In this document: positions 34,236 through 45,101 of the stretch, in pieces
How the letters are laid out: every line of letters starts with the position of its first letter
Position numbering within the stretch: position 1 is the first letter of the stretch
Origin: Yuukianura sp. NJ FZ-2021
Taxonomy: Eukaryota
Assembly: GCA_046563655.1 (NCBI GenBank)
Contig: CM102286.1
Location: 15,438,001 to 15,502,000 of the forward strand
Length of the DNA: 64,000 nt
Reading direction: 5' to 3'
Notes under the pieces: model-generated
Told to the model about the DNA's origin: nothing
Database searches by the model: none
The model's input: only the letters and a program-made list of their open reading frames with translations
Program-made: the position numbers and the translations under genes

Positions 34236-35716
34236 ATGGCGGAATTCCGAATTAATAAAACCATTATGGACTTACCAAACGAGGTATTTCTACTATACTA
34301 GGCTACTGGTCATTTACACTTTTGTCCTAAGTTTGACTCATCTGTTTCCATTTTGTTTCAGGTTTTGGAAATGATATTGGAAGGTTTACCTACTCGCGAT
34401 CTGTTGCAAGTTCGGTCTGTCTCTAGTTCTTTTCGGCAACAAGGGACGCTTCTATGCAGAAGGCGCAACGTCATGCTACGTCGAAATTGGTTCAACTGCG
34501 TTAATGGGATGACCATTTTCAAAACCTTCGACCCTAGCAGAAACATCGTTCCTTGGTCTGGTGTTCATTTCACCCGGGAATTTGGTGAATATGCCAAGTG
34601 CTTGTTGCCGCCGTTTCTGGAACAGTTCAGTTCATTTATCTTGCATATTGACTTCAACTACTTGCTCGGAAATGAAGAGTGCTTCGCTGCAGTGATGAAA
34701 TTTGGTCATCTTCTACGCATTAAGTCTGCAACCATGCAAACTGTTAGTGACCGTTGTATTCGTAACCTGAGCCTTCTATTATCTTCAGTTCGTTACGGTC
34801 TTTTGAAATTGGATGTTACGTTGGGTCACAACGAAAATCGATGGTACGAGGGCTGGATAACCTTTCCCGTCATGCGCAATTTGTCATACATTAACATAAT
34901 CGTTGAAGGATACATACAAAATGTGGATACGAATGGCACACCTTTTGTTGCTCCAACCGCTACGGTTTTATCAAGTTTGTCGGGAAATCAATTGCCAAAG
35001 CTACAAGAAATGTCACTGAAGATTCGGATGTCCAACCCTACTTTGGGACGTCAGCTGTTTGGTAACACGACCTTTCCAAACGTTTCCACATTGTCTGTTG
35101 CGGGATGTCATCCACTTTTTAACGATCTGTCCAACATATTTCCCAATGCGACCAATGTCACACTTGTATGTGATGCATCCTACATGAAGCAAAACTGGAC
35201 ACTCCCCAAAACACAGTTTTTGCGCTTGGTGGTGGTTAAAAGCGAACGGGAACCCGATGGATGGTATATTCGAAACGAGTTGCAACTCAACGACGCACTG
35301 TTTTCATCACAATATATTTCAAAGTTGATGAGTAAGTCTTTTTTTTTTATCTATATTATTGAAATGTAAATTGACATAACAACCTTAGACAAACATCGTT
35401 TCTAACTTGCAGAGTTGCAACATTTGGAAATCGTTCTCTACCGTGATGAGGATGACTGGGGAAACGCGACGGTTGCAATTACCAATGGTAGTGCTGTTGT
35501 CAACAACTTTCTTCGCCTTCGGAAGCTAGAATGTCTTACACTTGGCGGCATTAGAGTAAGCTTGTCTTTGAAACATTCTACCATTCGTGTTACTACATTT
35601 CATTTTTGGTATTTTAGCCTGATGATGGATCGATGAGTCTCCTTAGCTCGGTTCATGAGAAAGTTGTCATACAAAATCAAGAACAATTTACTCAAGTCTT
35701 ACAACAAACTGCATGA
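34236..35716 (+). CDS. F-box / LRR-like protein (4 exons)
   Basis: MDLPNE|VLEMILEGLPTRDLLQVRSVSSSFR is an F-box; exons 34236-34283, 34362-35331, 35413-35555, 35618-35716; LxxLxL-type repeats (FPNVSTLSV, LPKLQEMSL). Confidence 0.85.
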
Positions 35717-36086
35717 ATTCCTCATCCTTATAAGCTTACGCTTATTTCACTGATTTTTGTAAATTATTCGGAAATTGGTTATTGTTAAGGCTATGTCGTA
35801 AACTAACTGTATTTGATTATTTAGATTAACTTAACCTTCCCTAACAGTAAGTCGTACACTTAGTTTTTCTACTTAACTAATTCAGTTTAGTGAGTATTCG
35901 ACGTTTACAATTACAGTTTGCCGCATCAGTTCCAAATTAATAAGAAAGTTGAATACCAATTTCTTCTATAAACATCGTTATACTTCCCTTTTACTTTTTT
36001 CTTTCGCATTCATCTTTTATTATGTATTTCAAACCATTACTCGTTGGAAGTCTAATTCATAATTCGGTAGGGAGATTGGGTTTTTT

Positions 36087-36657
36087 GGAATGTTGCCAAT
36101 ATTTCATTCCACAGACACTAGTGTATCATGAAAAAGTATTGCCATATCGGGCTATTCAACTTTGAAGCTTAGTTGAGAAAATTGCCTACGAGGGATTTTT
36201 GAAATGTTGCCACTATTTTATTCCTAGTACACTAGTGTATCATGGAAAAGTATTGGCATATCGGGCTGTTCGACTTTGAAGCTTAGTTGAGAAAATTGCC
36301 TACGAGGGATTTTTGAAATGTTGCCACTATTTTATTCCTAGTACACTAGTGTATCATGGAAAAGTATTGCCATATCGGGCTGTTCGACTTTGAAGCTTAG
36401 TTGAGAAAATTGCCTACGAGGGATTTTCCAAATATTGTCACTATATTGTTCCACATACACTAGTGTATCAAGGAAAAGTATTGCCATTTCGGGCTATTCA
36501 ACTTTGAAGCTTAGTTGAGAAAATTGCCTACGAGGGATTTTTGAAATGTTGCCACTATTTTATTCCTAGTACACTAGTGTATCATGGAAAAGTATTGCCA
36601 TTTCGGGCTGTTCAACTTTGAAGCTTAGTTGAGAAAATTGCCTACGAGGGATTTTTG
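36087..36657. repeat. 114-bp tandem repeat, ~5 copies
   Basis: CACTAGTGTATC recurs at 36116, 36230, 36344, 36458, 36572. Confidence 0.95.
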
Positions 36658-37056
36658 ATACAAACATTTTGAGGACCTAAGAAGCAGCATTGCAAAAGTG
36701 ATCGGCCATTCTCACGTTGTTAATAGCGAGGTTGTAGCGAAGTTTCCACTTTACTTTCCGCTTTTGATTTTGAGAAGGGAAACTAAAAGTGAAACTTCAG
36801 TTGTATGGAGTTTAGAAGTTTCACTTTCCGTTTTGCCAAATTAAAGAATTCCGGTTGAAGTAAGGTTTACCATTGTAGCCGCACGGTATAACCGCCAGCG
36901 GCCATCTTGGGTGGCTACACAGTGATTGGCTACGCTTGTGCCGCACAAGTTGTGCGGCAACATTTGTCGCCAGTGACAACACTGTTTTTAGAATAAGGTC
37001 ACTAGATGCAATCTAAATCCAAACAATCTACCCTGATCAAAAACGTAACCAAACAT

Positions 37057-37719
37057 CAGAGATGGGAATGGGCAGCGTTTCCCGGCGCCCGCCCTGTTCA
37101 GCTTCGGAGTTGGGCACCCAAATTGAAAGCTCGCTCGCCCGGCTGAATTTTCAGAAAAGCCCGCTCGCCCAGTTGACCAATTGGTCAGGTCGAACAAAAA
37201 CCCGCCCACCCAATTGAACCCTATACAGTCCAATACAATATAGAGCAATTCATTTTTTTTACTTTTCTACTTTTTTATCTATGAGTTGTGTATGAAAGTA
37301 ATGCTACTGATGAAGGTTGTTAGGAATGAACCCTAGGAATGAAGAAGGAATGCTACTGTTCGCTCAGCTGTGCTCTTTTTGTATTTAAAATAAGTTCCGG
37401 TCGTGGAAAATACTCTTTCATCGGCTGCTTGAGAATTATTGCAATTAGAAGTGAATATTATGAAAGTTTAAATGTGGCGCCGCGAATTTGCTTCTGAGAA
37501 ATGAGAATGGGATTTGAGAAATCAAGAGCCAGTTGGGCAAAAATATTTGAGTTTGGTCCCATTTCGTCTTCCACAAAATACCCTCCCTGTTCACTGAATA
37601 GAGATGAAAAGCTCGCTCGCCCACGCCCAACTCAATTTTCGGCTCGCTCGCCCAAAACCCAGTTGAACAGGGTGAGCAACAGGGCCCCAGTTGGGTACAG
37701 GGTCCCATTCCCATCTCTG
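37057..37719. mobile_element. hAT-like MITE
   Basis: 16-bp TIR CAGAGATGGGAATGGG; 8-bp TSD CCAAACAT (37049-56, 37720-27); subterminal GCTCGCCC motifs. Confidence 0.9.
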
Positions 37720-38425
37720 CCAAACATACAATTACTATTGTCCACAGTGTTGGTGGACGCTTTAACGTCCAGTGGCTTAATTGCCACTTCCACTTGATAT
37801 CCACTGGAAGAAACGCACCCGAAATGGATGAAACTTTTAGTCGATGGAAGAAATGAGGAATTTAGCGCAAAATTCAAAAAAATTCGAATTTAAGATTCCA
37901 AAATAATATGAAAAACACTTTCTCTCATCGTTAAAATTAATTATCTATTTAATACTCATACAAAAACTATATTTACTTCGTTTCTGTACGGTATTTGGAA
38001 TTGTTTATGCTTATTGTATTTAATTAATTCAAACCCGACGGGCAAAGCTCCTCCCCTTTGGATTCATCCATTTAGGACCTAACCTTCGCCTACAACCCAT
38101 AGTTTTAGTTTCAACTTTCAGTAGTCTTCCAGCACTCGCCGCGAAACATTCTCTCTTACTGCTCACTTGAGCATAAGATTTGTTCATAGTAAAGTTCACA
38201 GGAAAACATTGTTTTAAGTCTTGCTGCCTAGCTCTGTCTGTTTTTCCATTTTTTGTGCTCTTCCACTCGGAAAGTTTGGAGCATTAACAGAACAAAATAT
38301 CGACATCTCATCATTCCGTTTTTGCACATCACTTCTTTCCATCCACCCATTTCACAGCCGGATAAGTCCAAGCCTGAGCTCTTACGTATTAGTCCAAGGC
38401 ACCACCCTAACCGCGAGCTCAATCA

Positions 38426-39321
38426 ATGGCAACAAACAAAGGTAGTCTAGGATTTAGATACATTTTTTTTCAATATTGGTATTTGTATTATTTGAATTTT
38501 TATCATATCAGATTTATCAATGAGTTTGAAGACTTTGGGTGATGAGGTAACGCGGAGCGTCGTTGTGATCAACATGCCGAACGACTTTGAATCGTGGCAA
38601 GCAATACTGCAAAGCAATTACGATGATGCTGTCGAGCAATTTACCACCCTGCAACATCTGCATGCTATCTTGGAAGTTGAATGCAAGTCATTGCTTGAAC
38701 TACACGCTCGTCTTGAAGCTGAACTTCTGGCACAAAACGGTCGACATGGTACACTTATTGAAGAATATGCACATGTGTTGATGTGCATTCGTGACTTGGC
38801 ACGCAAAGGCTCCAGTCATCAGTTTTGGCTTAGTTCAGGTAAGTTCTGTTTTCGATGAATTCGAGTTTGCTCAATTTATGTGTTACAACCAATGTATATG
38901 CATAACCTCAACCTAATTCATTCCAGATGACCCTGGTTATATCTCCAAAGTGAAACTGGAGGCCGACTCTAAAGCAAATCCAAAAGCTGATGAAGATTAC
39001 AATTTGGGGAAAAAGGAATCCAGAAGCGACTCGTGCGATCAAATTGCTACTGATTCCGTATGCAACTCGTCATGTACGCCATCGTTCCCAAAACCGGACA
39101 AAACAGACTCGCAAATTACTAATCATGGATGTTTGATTGAAAACTACAACCAATTATTCAACGCATTCACAAAACTCAAGCACCAGAATGAATCTATTAG
39201 GGCAAAAAACAGTACTACATACAGTCTCCTAACCAAACGTGTGCAAGAAGATAACAAGATGTACAGCGATTTCTATGAAATGCGCCAAAAGTACTTCATT
39301 TCATATGAGCAAAGAAGTTAG
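38426..39321 (+). CDS. 3-exon coiled-coil orphan protein
   Basis: Exons ~38426-38441, 38513-38838, 38928-39321 with GT/AG; heptad-like helices; AATAAA just downstream. Confidence 0.55.
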
Positions 39322-39708
39322 GTTATCCCTTACTTTAGAGGTCAATAATAAAATTATCTCTGTACGGAAACGATTGGCGTTTTATGAGAAAAATCAGTGT
39401 TAACTTTAGCGTACAAGTTTGAAAAATTATTTCCATTAACTTGAACTGGTTATCTTGCGTAAATCCTATGAACAAATTTTAAGTAATGGATCTTTTTTGA
39501 ATCAACAGAGTTGGTAGTTCATGAAGAAATTCAGTTTCAATTTTAGCCTTCAACTTTGAAAAAAAAATTTTTCTTCACCTTTGACTGGTTTTCCTATGTA
39601 AACGCTACGAAGAATTTTTGAATAAATTACCTTTTTGTAATCTACAGAGTTGTGTGAGGACTGGGGGAGGGATAAAGAGGGAAACAAAGGACAAGCCAGA
39701 AAAAATAA

Positions 39709-39784
39709 GGAACCGAGTGGGACTCGAACCCACAACCTTCTCCAATCCGGGGAGATTGCTCTAAGCCATTGAGCTATCAGGTCC
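39709..39784 (-). ncRNA. tRNA-like Pol III unit inside the 3' LTR (probably not a functional tRNA)
   Basis: A-box TAGCTCAATGG, D-stem GCTC/GAGC, stem TCTCC/GGAGA, B-box GGTTCGAGTCC, followed by TTATTTTTT; non-canonical anticodon loop and acceptor-stem mismatch. Confidence 0.8.
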
Positions 39785-40011
39785 CAATCTGGCTTGTCAG
39801 GGAAGGGAACTGGTGTATGTGATGGGAGTGAGACACGAGCCACTTCGTACACTCTCCATCTGGCGATTGGCAGTGGGGACTTGCTGACCAATCGCCACAC
39901 CACCCCGCCCCCGAAGTCCTCCGACGGCTCGGAATAACCGTCTTTCGGCACCATATGTGAGGACTGGGGGAGGGATAAAGAGGGAAACAAAGGACAAGCC
40001 AGAAAAAATAA

Positions 40012-40087
40012 GGAACCGAGTGGGACTCGAACCCACAACCTTCTCCAATCCGGGGAGATTGCTCTAAGCCATTGAGCTATCAGGTCC
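40012..40087 (-). ncRNA. tRNA-like Pol III unit inside the 5' LTR
   Basis: Same sequence as 39709-39784. Confidence 0.8.
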
Positions 40088-41366
40088 CAATCTGGCTTGT
40101 CAGGGAAGGGAACTGGTGTATGTGATGGGAGTGAGACACGAGCCACTTCGTACACTCTCCATCTGGCGATTGGCAGTGGGGACTTGCTGACCAATCGCCA
40201 CAGTTGGTGGTTTATGAAAAAATTCAGTTTCAATTTTAGCCTTCAACTTTGAAAAATAATTTTTTTTTCATTTTTAACTAGTTTTCCTGCCTAAACGCTA
40301 CGAAGAATTTTTGAATAATGGACCTTTTTTGAATCTAAAGAGTTGGTGGTTTAGGAAAAAATTCAGTTTCAATTTTAGCCTTTAACTTTGAAAAATTTTA
40401 ATTTTCAACTTTAACTAGTTTTCCTCTCTAGACGCTACAAAGAATTTTTGAACCATCTTAACCATTTACATTAACATTTACTGGTTCACATATAATTTAT
40501 GAACTTCGTTTGAACGAAATGTAACGGACTCAGACTGTTCAAATCCTGCGTTTTCCTACCCCTTAACTTTTCTGTTGGAAACAAAAAATTAATTAGCAAT
40601 ATCTTGGAAAAGACTTGGAAAACACGGTTTCAATTTTGAATGACAGGGAAGTTGAGAAGAATTTTTTTCCATTCGTCGACGTATGAATTTCTTACTCATT
40701 CCTCATTCGTTTGTTGGTACATAGGTCAACACATAATTTGTACAGTTTTAGTATAAATACTGTGCAACTTCCATTTACTAGATTAGCACCTATCATCAAA
40801 GTCGTTGTGTTGAACGGACGTGTCCAAATTTAAATCTTAAAACTCGGTCACCTCTATTTTTCTTTGATTATTTGCTGCCAACTTCCTACAGTGAGCGGAC
40901 GCCTATCTTAAACTTAACAAAATTTACCGTTAACGCAAAGGTAGGTCATTTTTTATAGATATCAACATTACGCTAACTGTGCTGTTTCCTACTGGCTAAC
41001 CCTCTTACTATTTCTCTAGCTGATACGCGATTGGACTCGGTTTGGAAGCAATTTGGGATACCTTGAAATCATTCTCACGGAATAATATTGCAGACTTCAG
41101 AAAAGTGAGACAACATACGCGGGAATTCTGCTTAAAACCCCTACCTTGAGTCACAACTTTATCAGTCTTTGGCTAGACGCGACCGGAGAAGGTTCATCCT
41201 CGCGTGTGCTATTCTTCTAAATTTAGATTTTCTTCCATTGACTTCCAACACATTCATCTCAAAACACAACAGCAACACAATCATTATACAACCGGTAAGT
41301 TGCACCTCATTTACAACTTGTGCACATGTCCCAGACTTGTTGATTTAACTTGACATTGTTCAGGAA

Positions 41367-42332
41367 ATGCCGCGGATCATTGTTTCTGGTGGCGATGAAG
41401 CCGACAAGGAAATGAACTTGTCATGCTCTGATCATGAAGACTCTGATGATGACACTGCTCAAGAAGTCTCTGACCCTTACACTAAACACTCCGACTCTGA
41501 TCAACCAATTAGGAAGAAATGTCGCAAAGAAAATGATGATTCTCAAACACATGGTAATCAGTCGCAGGTAACAAAACCACCAATGTTTGCATTAGAATTT
41601 TGACACTTTTCCTTAGGTTCTTTTTTCCTGAGACTATTTGCTTTTGCAGGAAATATTTTCTACCACGAAATGGCAAGTACAAGACGTCAACAACAAAACT
41701 GATGTAAGTGACGGTGATGTCAAAACACATTTCCTTGAAAGTGATACGTCTGGACCTGCCAAACTTGGACAAGTAAATGCAAAACAAATTTGGTTTTAAC
41801 CTAATCATTCAGACAACTATTGTCAACTTTACCTAATGTGTACTTTACTCAAATTCAGGTTGGTTTAGTCATCGACGTCATTTCCTGTGCCAGGGCTTTT
41901 GAACTTGTAAATCCTGATCTGGAGCAAAAGTGTCATCAAGGCATATTGCAGACAATTCAAAATGCCATGTTGTTTGTAGCGGGTGGAAAATTCATTCATA
42001 CTGCTGCAGCTCTCAAAGAATCATTGTACAAAAAGTTCACTCAGAATTTGTGGTACTGCGGTTTTGCGGAACTCAAGCCTTCATTGGACGCATTTTTTGA
42101 AAAGTCGATTATTATTGATAGCTGCGGACCTAAATTTTCAGAAGACATATACGAAAGAGAGGTTGAGGAAATGCAACATCGTTTGAATGTCATTGCAGAA
42201 CGTAAAAGGGACTTTCAAATCGAACTCAATAATTTGCGTGATACATTTGTCCTTCATCAATTGAATGGAACGAATTCATATGCTGACAAAATTGTCTCTT
42301 TGTTGGAATCAATCCTCTCCAGTAACATGTAA
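41367..42332 (+). CDS. Chimeric gene: acidic/NLS exon homologous to the 21606 gene fused to an AGGKY-family domain (member 4)
   Basis: Exons 41367-41567, 41650-41772, 41859-42332 join in phase 0; VAGGKFIHTAAAL...YEREVEEMQHRLNVIAERK. Confidence 0.75.
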
Positions 42333-42820
42333 GTGTATCGCCATCCCACATTGTAAGTTTTGACTTGTTTGCTGTTTTTTTTTGTAAGTATATCCGCTTT
42401 TTTGATTTTACTCAACAACATTTTTAACAGTTGTTTACTTGGAAGTATGTCATAATCCAAATGCGCGGATCCCTTATCAATTTTATTTTAGGTTAGAAAA
42501 GCGCCTAACAGTTATCCTATTCAATTTCTCCTATCATAATTAAATTTGATTTGTTTTCAGTTCGTTTACTTAACTACATTTAATTAAATAAAAATTGGGA
42601 TCAAATATTCAGAAGGTTTCAAACTAATATTTTGTATGTTCTTCATGTGTTTTCTCGTGCCCGGAGGTTTCAAATTTTATTTTTGAGTTCTACGTATAAT
42701 TTCTATTGTCCGTGGGTTTCAAACTTTTTCTGTTTTATGTATATTCTCGTGCCCGGGGGTTTCAAATTAAGTGTCTCACCAGAATTTTCTCATATCCATT
42801 TTCTTATGCCTTTCCTCAAC

Positions 42821-44176
42821 TCAGTGCACCTACGTGTGATCGTTTTCTCTGAGTTTCGACTTTGAGCTCCGAAATCTCTCAATCTAAACGGATTTTGACA
42901 AATCCAAAGCATCTGTTCTAAAGTGCAACTAGTCCCCAATGGGATAGACTAATTTTTTCTTTGAATCTTGCAGCTTAACTTTGTTTTAACGAATTTTTAA
43001 AAAATTAGAACAGCCAATCACACTTTCCCCCAAAATGGGGCAAGTGTGATTTTTCTGTGGGAAAGTGTGATCTATTGAAAAGCATTATGTATTCAAGTTT
43101 TTTAATTTTACACTAACACAAAACACTGCAATTCACACGTTTAGGTATTCTGTAGGCTGTTTGATTCGCTTGAAATTCCAGTGTAGTATCGGATATTCCG
43201 CATTTCTCGAACCCTTCTTTGATAATGTTCGGACTTACTGCGCTCCATGTTTTCCTGAAGATATAGGCAAAACCTGACTTCGGTAGTAACGTTCTATAGT
43301 TATGCAGTGCCAATTCCGTCATTATCATTTCTAGCCTAACCTATCATTTGCACTTAACACCTTAAAAAACTGTAACGTCGAGCGGTTGAAGGATATACGA
43401 AGTGTGAGGTTGCAATTACAAAATTGCAACATTGACAACTTCCTTCTCAACTCCAAATCTACATTTGCTCATCGTTTTCAGCACGTCCGAAAGTTCTTTT
43501 TCCTTGTCAATTGAAATGCTTGCCAATCTGCCTCCTCCACATACGCTTTCGAGTGCTGACTTCCTGCCTTTCGTAACTTTTGTTTTCAATATGAGTGCAG
43601 TTTTCGGTAGGCCGAATTTGGAACACGGCTTTAGCAATTAGAAGTGCATTTTGTACCGCTTCATGTGTCCAGGCGCCTCCACATCCCCTGTTTGTCTTTT
43701 GTACGTTAATTTCGTAACATTTAGTACAGAATCATAAGTTAGTTTTATCAGTTTTTCCTTCTGGTTTCAGTAATCACACTTCCCCCACTTTTTGAAAAAT
43801 CGGGGGGAAAGTGTGATTCCAGTGCTGTTAAACACTGGAGTATCGTACCACTCGAAACTCGACGTACATTGTTACTTAACGCTTTGGAGAAGAGAATTGT
43901 CGGAACAGCTGATTCCTGACCTCAAGGTTTGACCTTTTAAATTCCAACTCTCTTTGGAAAATGAGAATTAGAAAGTAAAGGTTAGAGTTGGTCCACAAAT
44001 AAAACCCACCTTTTCTTATATGCAAATTAGCTGATAAAATCCCGCGAGCACTAAATCTTGTAGCACATTACCCCCTGAACAACGTGTACTTTTTAGAATT
44101 TTAAAATTCATTACCCCTGTGATGCTATAAGCTGAGATCACAATTGCCCCGCAATCACACTTAGGTGCACTGACCC
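42821..44176 (-). mobile_element. Internally deleted pogo/Tigger-like (Tc1/mariner superfamily) transposon relic
   Basis: Inverted ends TCAGTGCACCTA(C/A)GTGTGAT; subterminal AATCACACTT motifs; minus-strand fragments of psq/CENP-B HTH (EKELSDVLKTMSKCRFG) and the DDE_1 tail (TWSAVSPNIIKEGFEKCGI). Confidence 0.75.
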
Positions 44177-45101
44177 TAATTAAAGTTGAACTGTAGTGGT
44201 AAAATTGAAAATGTTGCGTTTTTGACTTTTGGCCTGATGTTAAGACCCTTGTACACGTTGATTTTTCGAAAATTGATAGCGCTGGAATCAACATTTTCGA
44301 AATCGTAGAAAAAGTTAAATTAAATTGAGGCGTTGACTGAAATTTTTAAATTTTTTTGAAACTGTGAAAATCATATAATGTCCTACCTTTTCAAAATTTG
44401 AATCGTTACTTGTTCATTGAGATACGACGTGATACTCTGTAGCTCTGTCTCCATTGGAACTTCACCAAAACGCATGTAACTTTAATACTATTCTGCAATT
44501 TCCTTTTATAGATCTGTACAACTGCTTCGCAATTTCATGAACCTAACCGAAACTAACCTAATCTGGAGCAAAATATATCAGCACGCTTTGCGCAAGAATG
44601 TTGGTTTTGTTTCGAGGTATTTTTGGGGGCAACACCAGCAATTCTTCAAACATTTGTGCCTCGCCTTTAAGTTGCCGGACGTGATTCACAGAATCAAATA
44701 ATCAAGGCATCTTACTTACTTCATCAGTGTTTTCGTTTTGGTTTATTACGTTTGTATTTGGTTTCAGTAATCACGTACATAGAGGAAAAGCAGTAATTGT
44801 TGCATTACAGTCCACAGGAAGTTGCCTTTACATAAACCGAAAGGCTTTGTTATGACAACTTGTTGTCGACATTGGAAACTAAGCTAATGAGTGTGGTGAA
44901 CAAAGTTAGGTTAGATTGACTTGGGGGCTTGACGCACGGTTAGCATTGCTGTTCCAGTTATTATACTTGTTACTTACGTCGGCGGATGTCTGTCCAGTCT
45001 TCTCAGTGCAGGCCGAGGATGTGACGCGTCAACATCTTCCTCTAAACAGTTATATTTCTAGTCGTTTGACATCTACACAAACTGTCACATTAACAAAGAA
45101 A

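Larger units (their letters stand above)
39653..40202 (-). mobile_element. TRIM (miniature LTR retrotransposon) with tRNA-derived LTRs, Helenus-type
   Basis: Two 247-bp TG..CA LTRs (39653-39899, 39956-40202) that look identical; the 56-bp interior on the minus strand reads TA-TGGTGCCGAAA (PBS, tRNA-Phe 3' end) ... GGGGGCGGGGTGG (PPT); 4-bp TSD GTTG. Confidence 0.92.
39490..40460. repeat. ~139-bp AT-rich tandem repeat (3+ copies) that hosts the TRIM insertion
   Basis: AATTCAGTTTCAATTTTAGCC recurs at ~39528, 40221, 40360. Confidence 0.8.

Noticed and set aside
36087..36657. CRISPR-like array
   Set aside because: Whole 114-bp units repeat with no unique spacers; eukaryotic context; no cas genes
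39709..40087. Two bona fide tRNA genes
   Set aside because: Non-canonical anticodon loop (no U33), extra base after the D-arm, acceptor-stem mismatch, and located inside LTRs
25624..40202. The BEL Gag as the mobilising partner of the TRIM
   Set aside because: The gene lacks RT and integrase, and BEL/Pao elements typically make 5-bp TSDs whereas the TRIM has 4 bp
39550..40233. 227-aa minus-strand ORF with an internal duplication
   Set aside because: By-product of the two identical LTRs (period 303 nt, a multiple of 3)
1546..44683. Additional GGACG/AGACG motifs at 1573, 2971, 17353, 40816 and 44677 as DPEs
   Set aside because: Spacing to the nearest good Inr is off by 1-3 nt or the Inr is poor; suggestive only, so not listed as features
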